DNA from: Vulcanimicrobiota bacterium
GTDB taxonomy: Bacteria > Vulcanimicrobiota > Vulcanimicrobiia > Vulcanimicrobiales > Vulcanimicrobiaceae
NCBI GenBank assembly: GCA_963695225.1
Contig: OY968762.1
Location: forward strand, 1,664,001-1,728,000
Direction of reading: 5' to 3'
Length of the DNA stretch: 64,000 nucleotides
Shown here: positions 45,377 to 55,676 of the stretch, one piece after another
Layout of the letters: the number at the start of each line of letters is the position of its first letter
How positions within the stretch are numbered: position 1 is the stretch's first letter
The notes under the pieces: generated by a model
Database searches by the model: none
Told to the model about the DNA's origin: nothing
What the model saw: the letters and a program-made list of their open reading frames with translations, nothing else
Made by a program: the position numbers and the translations under genes

Positions 45377-46168
45377 TCAGCTCTTCTTCGGGTACTCGCC
45401 TTCGCGAACCGCGGCGGCGTAGGCGCCGAACGCCGCGGCGGCGGCCGAGCCGAGTTCGCCGAAACGGCGAACGAACGGCGGAGCGTGCTCGTAAAGCCCG
45501 AGCAAATCGTGCATGACGAGCACTTGCCCGTCGCAATGCGGGCCGCTGCCGATGCCGATCGTCGGGATCGGAATCGCTTCGGTGATCTCGCGCGCGAGAT
45601 CGGCGTCGATCATCTCGAGGACGACCGCGAAAGCTCCCGCGGCAACGGTCGCATGCGCATCGGCGAGGAGCGCTTCGCGCCCGGCTTGACGCCGGAAGCC
45701 GGTGCCGAACGCGGCGGTCTGCGGCGTGACGCCGATGTGCGCGCAGACCGGTATCCCCGCCGCGACGATCGCCGCGATCCGCGAGCGCATCCGCACTCCA
45801 CCCTCGAGCTTCACGCTCGTCGCGCCGCCGTCTTTCACGAGCGCGACGGCCGAGCGGACCGCAAGCTCGTCGCTCGCCTCATACGCTCCGAACGGGAGAT
45901 CGACGATGACGTGCGCGCGCTTCGCGCCGCGCGCCGCGGCGGCTCCGTGGCGGAGCATGTCGCCGAGCTCGACGGAGGCGGTCGATTCGAATCCGAGGAC
46001 GACCATTCCGAGCGAATCGCCGACGAGGACGACGTCGATCCCGGCGCTCTCCGCGAGTCGTGCGAACGGCGCGTCGTACGCCGTCACGACGGGGAAAGCC
46101 GCTCCTTTTCTCCTACCGATCGCGGCGGCAGTCGGGCGCGCGTTAGCCATGGCTTGATGGGAGCTCAT
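45377..46168 (-). CDS. panB: 3-methyl-2-oxobutanoate hydroxymethyltransferase
   Basis: TAYDA, LVGDSLGM, VKLEGG, HIGVTPQ, IGIGSG..DGQVLV. Confidence 0.96.
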   Translation of the reverse strand: MSSHQAMANARPTAAAIGRRKGAAFPVVTAYDAPFARLAESAGIDVVLVGDSLGMVVLGFESTASVELGDMLRHGAAAARGAKRAHVIVDLPFGAYEASDELAVRSAVALVKDGGATSVKLEGGVRMRSRIAAIVAAGIPVCAHIGVTPQTAAFGTGFRRQAGREALLADAHATVAAGAFAVVLEMIDADLAREITEAIPIPTIGIGSGPHCDGQVLVMHDLLGLYEHAPPFVRRFGELGSAAAAAFGAYAAAVREGEYPKKS

Positions 46169-46233
46169 TGATACTCATGCCGCGCGCTTCGACGCCGCCG
46201 CGCGCGCGACCACCCGGAAACGCGAAGGCGGCG

Positions 46234-47415
46234 TCAGGCGACTTCGAACAGCCCGGCCGCGCCCATCCCGCCGCCGATGCACATCGTGACGACGACGTAG
46301 CGGACGCCGCGGCGCTTCCCCTCGATCAGCGCGTGCATCGTCATTCGCGCGCCGCTCATCCCGTACGGATGGCCGATCGAAACCGCCCCCCCGTCGACGT
46401 TGAAGCGGTCGTTCGGGATGCCTAGGCGGTCGCGGCAATAGACGGTCTGGACGGCGAACGCTTCGTTCAATTCCCAGAGCCCGATATCGTCGATCGTTAG
46501 GCCGTGCCGCTCGAGCAGCTTCGGAACCGCGAAGACCGGGCCGATCCCCATCTCACCGGGCTCGAGCCCGGCGAGCGCGAGCCCGCGGTAGAACCCGAGC
46601 GGCTGCACGTTGCGCTGCTCGGCGAGCTTCGCATCCATGATGACGACCGCGGCCGCGCCGTCCGAGAGCTGGCTCGAGTTCCCGGCCGTGATCGTCGATT
46701 GCGGGCCGAGAACGCCCTTGAGCGCCGCCAGGCCCTCGCGCGTCGTGTCGGGGCGGTTCCCTTCGTCCTTCGCGAGCGTGAACGGCTTTTCGCGGACCTC
46801 GCCCGTCTCTTTGTTCTCGACGCGCATGTACGTTTGCAGCGGGACGATCTCGTCGTCGAACTTCCCCGCAACTTGGGCGGCGGCCGTGCGCTGTTGGCTC
46901 TGCAGCGCGTATTCGTCTTGTGCTTCGCGCGTGACGCCGTACCGCTTTGCGACAGTGTCGGCCGTCTGCAGCATCGGCAGCCACAGATCCGGATGCCGGC
47001 GCATCAGCCATTCCTCGGTGAACCCCTTGAGGTTCATGTCGTTCTGCACGCGGCTGATCGATTCGCACCCGCCGGCGACGACGACCGAGGCTCCGTCGAC
47101 GATGACGCGGTGCGCCGCGGTCGAGATCGCCTGCAGGCCCGAGGCACAGTAGCGATTGATCGTCGTCCCGCTCACCGAGACGGGGAGCCCGGCGCGCAAC
47201 GCGGCATTGCGCGCGAGATTGTGGCCGGTCGCGCCCTCGGGCAGGCCGCATCCGATGACGACGTCCTCGATTTCACCGGGGTCGACCTTCGCCCGGCCTA
47301 CCGCGTGTTCGATCGCGTGCCCGGTCAAGAGTGCGCCGTGGGCCATGTTGAAGGCTCCGCGAAACGCTTTGCCGATCGGCGTACGCGCGGCCGAGACGAT
47401 TGCTGCTTCTCTCAC
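46234..47415 (-). CDS. Acetyl-CoA C-acyltransferase (thiolase, FadA-like)
   Basis: [30 protein letters not shown]. Confidence 0.95.
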   Translation of the reverse strand: MREAAIVSAARTPIGKAFRGAFNMAHGALLTGHAIEHAVGRAKVDPGEIEDVVIGCGLPEGATGHNLARNAALRAGLPVSVSGTTINRYCASGLQAISTAAHRVIVDGASVVVAGGCESISRVQNDMNLKGFTEEWLMRRHPDLWLPMLQTADTVAKRYGVTREAQDEYALQSQQRTAAAQVAGKFDDEIVPLQTYMRVENKETGEVREKPFTLAKDEGNRPDTTREGLAALKGVLGPQSTITAGNSSQLSDGAAAVVIMDAKLAEQRNVQPLGFYRGLALAGLEPGEMGIGPVFAVPKLLERHGLTIDDIGLWELNEAFAVQTVYCRDRLGIPNDRFNVDGGAVSIGHPYGMSGARMTMHALIEGKRRGVRYVVVTMCIGGGMGAAGLFEVA

Positions 47416-47418
47416 TGG

Positions 47419-49521
47419 TTACGTGGCCTTCCGATAGCTGGAGAACGGTGCGTTCGTTTGCGCGAGCGTCGCGAGCAGCGGCGCCGGCTCCCAGACCGGG
47501 CCGAAGCGCTCCTTGAACTCGAGGATGCGTTCGTAGATCTTCTTCGTTCCGACGGAATCCGCGTACCACATCGGCCCTCCGCGGTGCGGCGGGAATCCGT
47601 AGCCGAAGATCCACACGATGTCGATGTCGCCGGGGCGCAACGCGATCCCGTCTTGCAGCAGGCGCGCGCCGCGATCGATCAGCGGATAGAGACAGCGTTC
47701 GAGGATCTCGCCCTCGGAGATGCGGCGGCGTTCGATCCCGAGCACGCGCGATTCTTCGAGCAACAGCGCTTCGAATTCAGCATCGGGGATCGCGTCGCGC
47801 TTCCCCTTCTCGTACTTGTAGTAGCCGGCGCCCGTCTTCTGCCCGTACCGCCCGGCGCGATAGAGCCGGTCGACGAGCCGTGACGGACGCCCGACGGTTT
47901 GCGGGTGCTCCTGTTCGATGCGCCACGACACGTCGACGCCTGCGAGATCGAACGTCCGGAACGGCCCCATCGCGAAGCCGAAGCGCTCGAGTACGCCGTC
48001 GACTTCCTGAGGCAACGCGCCCTCTTCGATCAAGTACGTCGCCTCGCGAGCGTAGTCGAAAAGCATGCTGTTGCCGATGAACCCGAACGCGTTTCCGGAG
48101 AGGACGCCGGTCTTGCGCAGCGTCTTCCCGACCTTCATCGCGGTCGAGAGCGCGACGGGCGAGCTTTCCTTGCCGCGGACGACTTCGAGCAGCTTCATGA
48201 CGTTCGCGGGGCTGAAGAAATGCATCCCTACGACGCTACCCGGACGGCTCGTCGCGCTCGCGATCTCGTCGACGTCGAGCGTCGACGTGTTCGTCGCGAG
48301 AATCGCTTCGGGCTTGAGCGCCGCATCGAGAGCGCGGAACACGGCTTTCTTGACGTCCATGTTCTCGAAGACGGCTTCGACGGCGAGATCGACGTCCGCG
48401 ATCGCGGAATAATCGCCCTCGAACGAGACCAGTGCTTCGCGTTTGGCCGCATCGTCCTTCGAGAGGCGCCCTTTGGCGACTTGCCCCGCAAGCGTCTTCG
48501 CGAGCGTCTCCTTGCCGCGGACGAGTTGCTCGGGCTGGACGTCGAGGACCGTTACCGGGATCCCCGCGTTCGCGAACGTGATCGCGATGCCGGTCCCCAT
48601 CGTCCCGGCGCCGACGATCGCCGCCTTCTTCACATCCAGCGGCACGGCGGGCGCAAGCCCCGGAATCTTCCCCAGTTCGCGCTCTGCGAAGAAGATGTGC
48701 ATCAGCGAGCGCGCCTGTTCGCCCACGACGAGCTCTTCGAAGAACCGATACTCGCGGGCGAGGCCCTGCGCGAACGGCAACTGCGTCGCGGCTTCGACGG
48801 CATCGACGAGCTTGTGCGCAGCCATGCCGCCTGCCGCTTCGGCCGGGACCATCTTGTGCGCCCAGGCGACCATGAACGGCAGCACGGAGGCGCTCATCTC
48901 GCTGACGCGCCGCTTCGGCTTGCTCGCGATCCACGCGTCGAGCTTGCCGAGCGCCGCCTCGACGACGTCCCCGTCGGCGACGGCATCCAGCACGCCTTGG
49001 AGTTTCGCCGCATCGGCGGCGACGTTGTCGCCCTTGAGCATCATCTGCATCGCAAGCTGGGGGCCGATCAAGCGCGGCAGGCGTTGCGTCCCGCCGGCGC
49101 CGGGGATGAGCCCGAGCTTGATCTCGGGGAAACCGAGCTTCGAACGCTTCGTCGCGATGCGATAGTCGCAGGCGAGCGCGAGCTCGCTCCCGCCGCCGAG
49201 AGCGTTGCCGTCGATCGCGGCGACGAACGTCTTCTTACTCCGCTCGATGCGCGCGATCAGATCGCGCACGTTCTTGGCGTCGGCCGGCGGCGGTGCGAGG
49301 AATTCCGTGATGTCGGCGCCGGCGGTGAACAGCCCGTTCGCGCCGGTGACGACGACGGCGCGAACGGCGGGATCGGCTTCGAGCGCATCGCAGGCCGCGA
49401 TGAACGCGGCCGAGAGCGCGAACGAGAGCGCGTTGACCGGCGGGTTGTCGAGCGTCAGGATCGCGACGCCGTCGCGGACCTCGCCGCGCACGAGCGGGGA
49501 GTTCGTGATCGTTTGGCTCAT
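47419..49521 (-). CDS. Enoyl-CoA hydratase / 3-hydroxyacyl-CoA dehydrogenase multifunctional enzyme (FadB-like)
   Basis: AGADI, GGGSE, PGAGGTQRLPRL, GAGTMG, TNTSTL, HFFSPA. Confidence 0.94.
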   Translation of the reverse strand: MSQTITNSPLVRGEVRDGVAILTLDNPPVNALSFALSAAFIAACDALEADPAVRAVVVTGANGLFTAGADITEFLAPPPADAKNVRDLIARIERSKKTFVAAIDGNALGGGSELALACDYRIATKRSKLGFPEIKLGLIPGAGGTQRLPRLIGPQLAMQMMLKGDNVAADAAKLQGVLDAVADGDVVEAALGKLDAWIASKPKRRVSEMSASVLPFMVAWAHKMVPAEAAGGMAAHKLVDAVEAATQLPFAQGLAREYRFFEELVVGEQARSLMHIFFAERELGKIPGLAPAVPLDVKKAAIVGAGTMGTGIAITFANAGIPVTVLDVQPEQLVRGKETLAKTLAGQVAKGRLSKDDAAKREALVSFEGDYSAIADVDLAVEAVFENMDVKKAVFRALDAALKPEAILATNTSTLDVDEIASATSRPGSVVGMHFFSPANVMKLLEVVRGKESSPVALSTAMKVGKTLRKTGVLSGNAFGFIGNSMLFDYAREATYLIEEGALPQEVDGVLERFGFAMGPFRTFDLAGVDVSWRIEQEHPQTVGRPSRLVDRLYRAGRYGQKTGAGYYKYEKGKRDAIPDAEFEALLLEESRVLGIERRRISEGEILERCLYPLIDRGARLLQDGIALRPGDIDIVWIFGYGFPPHRGGPMWYADSVGTKKIYERILEFKERFGPVWEPAPLLATLAQTNAPFSSYRKAT

Positions 49522-49539
49522 CCTGGGCAACTCCATTTC

Positions 49540-49556
49540 ACTTGCATTTCGCAAGC
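49540..49556. promoter_or_regulatory. Palindrome ACTTGC-N5-GCAAGC upstream of the fadB-like gene
   Basis: Matches 52445-52461 upstream of the fadD-like gene. Confidence 0.6.
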
Positions 49557-49627
49557 GATTTCTTGGGCAAGCCTCAACCGGCTCCTGCATCCGAGCCCGT
49601 CAGCCTCACTAGGCTGGAATGCAGGTA

Positions 49628-49683
49628 GCGTCCGGGTCGGGGCAGGCTTCCCCGCGGGGGAACCGCGCCCCGAACCCGGACGC
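49628..49683. terminator. Long imperfect hairpin after the GDSL gene
   Basis: GCGTCCGGGTCGGGGC..TTCCCC-GCG-GGGGAA..GCCCCGAACCCGGACGC. Confidence 0.55.
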
Positions 49684-49706
49684 GGGCCCCGCGGGAAAGC
49701 GACCGG

Positions 49707-51212
49707 CTAGTGGGGCGAGTAGAGGTCCGTCGCGTTGATCGCTTGGATCTGCGCGTCGGTGAGCGGAGCGATTCCCGCAGAAAAGCTCGCGTTCAGTTTC
49801 GCGATCACGACGTTCGCGATGAGCGCGTAGCCGGTGTCGGACGGGTGCAGCCCGTCGAGGCTGGTGAGGCCGCCGCCGTACTGCAGCGCGCAGCACTTCG
49901 GGTTGCCCGAGAGCGGGATGTAGTACTGCGGGTTCGCGCTCGTATACGTGAGGAAGAACGCGTGCAGGTCGACGAGGGCCGCTCCGGTCGCCGCGCTCGC
50001 GCTCGCGATCGCCGCGTTGTAGGCATCGTTGAGTTGCTGCGTCTTGACGGCGACCGCGTCGGAGACGAAATCGCCGGCGACGAGCGTTGCGGCCGGCGAC
50101 GAGAGCGCGGTGAGCGCCGGCGCTCCGCCGAGAATCGCCGTGAGCGCGCCCTTGAGTTTCCCGGTCCCCGTGAGCGTCAGGTAGCCCTGCGTCCCGAGAC
50201 CGTACGTCGCTTGGAGGAACGCCTGAACCTGAGCGCCGAGCGCGGCGCCTTGCGCCGCCGCCGTCGCAGCGGGAACGCCGTTCGCAATCAGCGTTTGCGT
50301 GATGATCGCCGGGATCGCCGCAACCGGCGTGAAATACGGCGCCTGCAGCACGTTGAAGAGATTCAACACCGCAACCTTGGCGCCGGCGCCCTGCAGCGTC
50401 GTGATCGCCTTCGTGACGTCCGTGCCGAACGCGGCCGGATCCGTCGGCGGGAAGCCGCCGTTGCTGCCCGCGAACTTGAGGAGATCGTTACTCCCAAGCC
50501 AGATCGTCGCGAGGGTCGGGTGCAGCGAAGCCGCTGCTTGGAGTTGCGTCGTCCCGGCCGGGAAGTTCGCGAGAACGGGGTAGATGTTCAAGTTCTCGCT
50601 GCTGAGCGCGCTTGCCAGACCCGCCAGCGGCCCGAGCGCCGCATTTGCCGGGTCCGTGCACGCGCTCGTCGGCTGATACGAATACAGCGCCTCGTGCGTC
50701 AACTGCCCCGGGACCGCGACGTCGAGCGGGGTCGCCGTCGGATTGAGGCGCAATCCGAGGGCCGTGGAGTACGAATACGCCGCGCCCTCCTGCCCGCAGA
50801 CGCTCGCGACGATCGAGGTCAGGCCTCCGGCCGTCGCCGGGAGCAAGATCTGCCCGAGGCCGGGCGGCTTCATGAGCGGGAGCGGCGATTTCGCCGGGTC
50901 GAGCGGATCGGCGCCGCCGTTCGCCTGGGACCAGACGCGCGCGTACCAACCGTGCCCCTGCGTGTTCGGCACGACGGGGAAGAGCGACGCTGCCCCGAGC
51001 GGGTTCGGGGCGATCGTTACGCCGAGGAGCGCGCCCGACTGTTGTCCGGCCGTCAGGCTATCGCCGACGCCGACGAAGCGCGACATGAGACCGCTCGCCC
51101 CGACTCCCGTGATGTTGCCGGGGGCGGGCGCCGGGGGCGAAGAGGCGCTGCTGCAAGCAGCGAGCGCGGCGACCGCCGCAGCGGCGAGCAGGCGGGAAAG
51201 AGAGCTAGCCAT
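49707..51212 (-). CDS. SGNH/GDSL hydrolase lipoprotein
   Basis: Lipobox LAAC; block I VGDSLTAG, block III WLGSND, block V LDGLHPS; alternative start at 51227. Confidence 0.88.
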   Translation of the reverse strand: MASSLSRLLAAAAVAALAACSSASSPPAPAPGNITGVGASGLMSRFVGVGDSLTAGQQSGALLGVTIAPNPLGAASLFPVVPNTQGHGWYARVWSQANGGADPLDPAKSPLPLMKPPGLGQILLPATAGGLTSIVASVCGQEGAAYSYSTALGLRLNPTATPLDVAVPGQLTHEALYSYQPTSACTDPANAALGPLAGLASALSSENLNIYPVLANFPAGTTQLQAAASLHPTLATIWLGSNDLLKFAGSNGGFPPTDPAAFGTDVTKAITTLQGAGAKVAVLNLFNVLQAPYFTPVAAIPAIITQTLIANGVPAATAAAQGAALGAQVQAFLQATYGLGTQGYLTLTGTGKLKGALTAILGGAPALTALSSPAATLVAGDFVSDAVAVKTQQLNDAYNAAIASASAATGAALVDLHAFFLTYTSANPQYYIPLSGNPKCCALQYGGGLTSLDGLHPSDTGYALIANVVIAKLNASFSAGIAPLTDAQIQAINATDLYSPH

Positions 51213-51223
51213 CAACCGTCCCT

Positions 51224-52345
51224 TCATAGCGGAATCACCGACGGCGAACCGATGCCGAATTCGAGCTGAACCTGCGCGGCCTTGAGGCCGCCGATCCGCG
51301 GCACGACCTGATTGGTCGCGCAGCCCTGGATCGTTTGGCATGACACCGAGATGACGCCGATCTTCCCGTCGAGCGGGTTCGTGGGCGTCCCGCCGCTGAC
51401 GACGAGTTGCATGAACGATTCCTTCGAAGTCTTGTAGTTCGCGCCGACGATCACGGTCGGGATATGCGACGAATAGACGTCGGTCGGCGTGTAGTCTTGC
51501 AGCAGCGAGGGTTGGAAGAAGAACGTCAGCTTGGGCGTGTAGCGATACTCGACGTAGAGCAGTTGGAAGAGCTGCGCCTTGTTATCGACGTTCGCGCCGC
51601 TGCGGTGCACGAGCCATTGGGGCGCGATCGTGTAGGTGCCGAACATGCGCGGAGTCGAGAGGAACGGGAACGTCACCGCCGCGAGATACTCTTGGAACGT
51701 GCGGATTCTGACGTACTGCGGGAAGCCGCCGACATCGATCAGCGTGTTGTCGGAGTTCCCGCCGACGGTCCCGGTGCGCGTGATGTACGTCGGCGTCACG
51801 ACGATCGGGAGCTTCCGCGCGATCGTGAACAGGTTCTGTTCGGTGAAGACGAAGATCTTGTTCTTGATCGTGACGTCTTGCTGCGCGGCGTGCAGATCGG
51901 CGCTCGAAATCGGCGAGCTGATGCCCTGCAGGTAGACCGGGACCGTTCCTTGATCGAAGCCGGTCGGATACTCGGGCAGTTCGTAGAGGCCCGCCTGGAT
52001 GCGGAGGTTCCGATTGAAGCCGTACCCGACGACCGCATCCATGCCGCCGGGGAAGTTCACGTTGTTCTTGCCCGTAGCGTTGAGCGGATAGCCGAACGAG
52101 GCATCGAGCGTATACGAGAACCCGAGCGGCAGGCCGGGCTGCGAGAGCGGACGCTCCTGCTGGCCGATCGGCTTGGCCTGGGCGATCGACCATGGATCGG
52201 CCGGGCCGTGAAGCGCTCCTGTTGCCGGGAGGACGACGCTCGAGCTGAGCACGCCCGCCATTCCGGGATCAGCCGATGCCGCCGCGCTCGCGCCCATGAC
52301 GAGCGCAATCGACAGTGCCGCGGCCCGTAGAAGCCGTGGGGTCAT
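51224..52345 (-). CDS. Secreted, probable outer-membrane beta-barrel protein of unknown family
   Basis: SD AAGAGG, signal peptide (..AASA-DP), alternating beta-strand pattern (FSYTLDASFGY, LYVEYRY, VQLEFGIG). Confidence 0.7.
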   Translation of the reverse strand: MTPRLLRAAALSIALVMGASAAASADPGMAGVLSSSVVLPATGALHGPADPWSIAQAKPIGQQERPLSQPGLPLGFSYTLDASFGYPLNATGKNNVNFPGGMDAVVGYGFNRNLRIQAGLYELPEYPTGFDQGTVPVYLQGISSPISSADLHAAQQDVTIKNKIFVFTEQNLFTIARKLPIVVTPTYITRTGTVGGNSDNTLIDVGGFPQYVRIRTFQEYLAAVTFPFLSTPRMFGTYTIAPQWLVHRSGANVDNKAQLFQLLYVEYRYTPKLTFFFQPSLLQDYTPTDVYSSHIPTVIVGANYKTSKESFMQLVVSGGTPTNPLDGKIGVISVSCQTIQGCATNQVVPRIGGLKAAQVQLEFGIGSPSVIPL

Positions 52346-52444
52346 TGGGATACCTCTTTCAAGACGACCACGCGGGCTCGTGAAGGATCATTCCTACCGG
52401 TCCACCGCGATTGGGAAAGGATGTTACGCCGTCGAGCAGCGATT

Positions 52445-52461
52445 ACTTGCAAGACACAAGT
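52445..52461. promoter_or_regulatory. Palindrome ACTTGC-N5-ACAAGT in the divergent OMP/fadD region
   Basis: Matches 49540-49556. Confidence 0.6.
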
Positions 52462-52489
52462 GAAAAAGTCGCACCCCGCAGGAGGCCCG

Positions 52490-54319
52490 ATGCCGACCCT
52501 TCCGCAGCTCATCGAACCGGCATTGGCCCTAGGGCGCGAACGCGTCCTGGCTGAGCGCCCCGGGGGCGGCGATTGGACGTTCACGTCGAGCCGGCTCTTG
52601 CGCGCCCGCGTGGCGGCGGTGGCTCATGCGCTCCGCGGGGCGGGGGCGCGGGAGGGCGATCGCATCGCGATCGTCTCGAACAACTGCGTCGATTGGATCG
52701 TCGCGGATCTCGGCATCCTCTACGCGGGCTGCGTGTGCGTTCCGATCTTCGCGACGACCGCGGCGGACCAGCTTCGCTTCATCCTCGCCGACTGCGAGGC
52801 AAAGCTCGTTTTCGTCCAGCTGCGGGCCGACGCCGAGCGCGTTCGCGCGGCCTGCCCGGTCCCGATCCCGGTCGTCCATTTCGATGGCGACGGCCCCGAC
52901 TCGCTCGCGGCGTTCGAACGCGCAGGGAGCGTCGCCCACGCCGCCGACCCCGCGGCCGTCGAGCGCTGGGCCGGCGCGCTGTCCCCGGGCGATCTCGCCG
53001 TGCTGATCTACACGTCCGGCACGACGGGCGATCCCAAAGGCGTGATGCTCTCGCACGACAACATCGCCTCCGATTCGCGGATCGCGTTCGACTACGCGTT
53101 TCCGATGCTCCGCCCGGGGGATGCCGTGCTCTCCGTGCTGCCGTTCGCGCACATCTACGAGCACGCAGCGCTGGCGGCGTACCTCGCGCGGGCAGCGGAG
53201 ATCTACGTGACGGTTCCGGAGCGGCTGCTCGACGACATGCGCTCGGCGCGGCCGCTCGCGGCGAACCTCGTGCCGCGAATCTACGAGCGCGTCCTCGCCG
53301 GCCTCGTCGGGAAAGCTCGCGCCGGAGGCGGTCCGGGCGCGAAGCTCGTTCCCTGGGCGCTGGAGGCCGGCCGCGCATACATGCAAGCCGTTGCGGACCG
53401 CACGCCGCCCACCTTGCTGCAACGCCTGCGGTATCGCGCGGCGCACGCCCTCGTTCTCAAGAAGATCCGGCCCGCGCTCGGGCTCGACCGGCTCGCCTGC
53501 TTCACGAGCGGGAGCGCGCCGCTCCACCGCGACATCGCGCTGACGTTCGCCGCCGCCGACATCCCGATCTGCCAGGGCTACGGGCTGACGGAAACTTCCC
53601 CGGTCATCTCGACGAACCGCCTCATCGACAACCGCTTCGGCTCCGTCGGCCGCGCGCTCCCCGGCGTGGAAATCCGCATCGCCCCCGACGGCGAGATCGA
53701 AACGCGCGGCCCGAACGTGATGCAGGGGTACTATCACCGGCCGGACGAGCACCCGATCGACAAAGACGGATGGTTCGCAACCGGCGACATCGGGCGGATC
53801 GACGAGGACGGCTTCCTCTACATCACGGATCGAAAGAAGGAGCTCATCAAGACCTCGGGCGGCAAGTTCATTTCGCCGGCCCGGATCGAGACCGCGATCA
53901 AACGCTCGATCTTCGTCAGCCAAGTGCTGCTGGTCGGCGACAACCGGCCGCATCCGGCCGCCTTGATCGCGCTCAACCTCGACCTCGTCCGCAAGCAGCT
54001 CGAGATCCCCGATACCGTTCCGGCCGTCCTCGTCGCCGGAAACCCGCGCGTGCACGAATTCGTCCGGGCGGAGGTCAAAGCCCAAACCGCCGACCTCGCC
54101 TCCTACGAACAAGTCCGCCGCGTCGCGATCCTCCCCCGCGAACTCACGATCGAGGACGGCGAGATCTCCCCGACGCTCAAAGTGCGCCGTCGCGTCGTCG
54201 AGGAGCGTTACAAGAGCCTCATCGACGCCGCCTACGCCGAGGATCTGCGGGCCGCGGCCCCCGCCGAGAAGACGGCCCGGACGATACGCCGCAAGGGCAA
54301 CCCCGGCATCCAGCTCTGA
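52490..54319 (+). CDS. Long-chain fatty-acid-CoA ligase (FadD-like)
   Basis: SD GGAGG; YTSGTTGDPKG, GYGLTE, TGDIG, DRKKELIKTSGGK, PTLKVRR. Confidence 0.93.
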   Translation: MPTLPQLIEPALALGRERVLAERPGGGDWTFTSSRLLRARVAAVAHALRGAGAREGDRIAIVSNNCVDWIVADLGILYAGCVCVPIFATTAADQLRFILADCEAKLVFVQLRADAERVRAACPVPIPVVHFDGDGPDSLAAFERAGSVAHAADPAAVERWAGALSPGDLAVLIYTSGTTGDPKGVMLSHDNIASDSRIAFDYAFPMLRPGDAVLSVLPFAHIYEHAALAAYLARAAEIYVTVPERLLDDMRSARPLAANLVPRIYERVLAGLVGKARAGGGPGAKLVPWALEAGRAYMQAVADRTPPTLLQRLRYRAAHALVLKKIRPALGLDRLACFTSGSAPLHRDIALTFAAADIPICQGYGLTETSPVISTNRLIDNRFGSVGRALPGVEIRIAPDGEIETRGPNVMQGYYHRPDEHPIDKDGWFATGDIGRIDEDGFLYITDRKKELIKTSGGKFISPARIETAIKRSIFVSQVLLVGDNRPHPAALIALNLDLVRKQLEIPDTVPAVLVAGNPRVHEFVRAEVKAQTADLASYEQVRRVAILPRELTIEDGEISPTLKVRRRVVEERYKSLIDAAYAEDLRAAAPAEKTARTIRRKGNPGIQL

Positions 54320-54366
54320 GGAGAGCCCGGCCGCAGCGGAGAAACTACGTCCTTCTGGAGGCACGT

Positions 54367-55590
54367 ATGCTCTCGGCACCCGATCGAATCGATCCTCGCG
54401 TTTTCCGCTTCGCGCACCGCATGGACAAGCTCAAGGCGAGCGCCATCCGCGAGTTGCTCAAGCTCACCGAACGGCCGGAGGTCATCTCGTTCGCAGGCGG
54501 CCTCCCGGCCCCGGAACTCTTCCCGGTCGCCGATTTCGCGGTCGCATGCGAGGAGGTTCTCCGCACCGACGGTCCCGCGGCGTTGCAGTACAGCACGACG
54601 GAAGGCTTCCGCCCGCTGCGCGCGTGGATCTGCGAGCACCTGCAGCAGGTGAACGGCATCGAAGCCGATCCCGAACGCGTCCTCATCGTCAGCGGCTCGC
54701 AGCAAGGCCTCGACCTCGTGGGTAAAGTGCTGCTCGATCCGGGCGATTACGTCGTCACCGAGAACCCCGCGTACCTCGGTGCGATCCAGGCGTTCGATGC
54801 CTACGAGGCGCGCTACCTGGACGTGGCAACCGACGATTCGGGGATGATCCCCTCCGATCTGCGCCGCGTCCTCGAAAGCGCCGACCGCAAGCCGAAGCTG
54901 ATCTACATCGTCACGACCTTTGCGAACCCGACCGGCACGACCACGACGCTCGAGCGGCGCAAGGAGATCGTCGAGATCGCGCGCGAGCACGGCATCCCCG
55001 TCTTCGAGGACGATCCGTACGGCCGGCTGCGCTATTCGGGCGCCGAGCTGCCCTCGCTGACGGCGCTCGCGGGCGGGAAGGGCGTCTTCTACGCGGGCAC
55101 CGCGAGCAAGACGATCGTCCCGGGCATGCGCGTCGCGTGGCTCGTGATCCCGGACGAGGAGATGTTCGAAAAGGTCGTGATGGTCAAGCAAGCCGCCGAC
55201 CTGCATACCTCGACGTTCGCGCAGCGCGCGGTTCACGCGTACGTGAAACGTCCGGGCGCCGTCGAAGCGCACGTCGCGACGATGGTTCCGGTTTACCGCC
55301 GGCGCCGCGATCTGATGCTGGCGCAACTCGCGGAGCGGATGCCCGAGGGCTGGACGTGGACCAAGCCCGACGGCGGCCTCTTCCTGTGGGTCCGCGGACC
55401 CGAGAGCGTCGATACGACGCGGCTGCTCGAGCAAGCTCTCGCGAGGAACGTCGCGTTCGTTCCGGGCGGGCCGTTCTGGGTCAACCGCGACGTGAAGAAC
55501 ACGCTGCGTTTGAACTTCAGCAACGCGAGCGAAACGGGGATCGTCGCCGGCGTGGAACGCCTCACCGCAACGATCGCCGACTTCCGCTGA
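54367..55590 (+). CDS. PLP-dependent class I/II aminotransferase (LysN/ARO8-like)
   Basis: SD GGAGG before ATG 54367; ISFAGGLP, NPTG, EDDPYG, TASKTIVPGMRVAW, LRLNFS. Confidence 0.92.
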   Translation: MLSAPDRIDPRVFRFAHRMDKLKASAIRELLKLTERPEVISFAGGLPAPELFPVADFAVACEEVLRTDGPAALQYSTTEGFRPLRAWICEHLQQVNGIEADPERVLIVSGSQQGLDLVGKVLLDPGDYVVTENPAYLGAIQAFDAYEARYLDVATDDSGMIPSDLRRVLESADRKPKLIYIVTTFANPTGTTTTLERRKEIVEIAREHGIPVFEDDPYGRLRYSGAELPSLTALAGGKGVFYAGTASKTIVPGMRVAWLVIPDEEMFEKVVMVKQAADLHTSTFAQRAVHAYVKRPGAVEAHVATMVPVYRRRRDLMLAQLAERMPEGWTWTKPDGGLFLWVRGPESVDTTRLLEQALARNVAFVPGGPFWVNRDVKNTLRLNFSNASETGIVAGVERLTATIADFR

Positions 55591-55614
55591 GCCCCTCCCC
55601 CTGAGCCCCTCCCC
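55587..55614. repeat. 14-bp tandem duplication (CTGAGCCCCTCCCC)x2 spanning the aminotransferase stop
   Basis: Read directly from the sequence. Confidence 0.85.
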
Positions 55615-55654
55615 CCGTGGGCCTTCCGGCCTCTATTGCTTGCGGGGGGCTTCA

Positions 55655-55669
55655 CTTTGTGATACAAAG
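55655..55669. promoter_or_regulatory. Palindrome CTTTGT-GAT-ACAAAG, candidate operator of the downstream wHTH regulator
   Basis: Perfect 6-bp arms, 7 nt before the operon's first ATG. Confidence 0.6.
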
Positions 55670-55676
55670 CGCGAGT

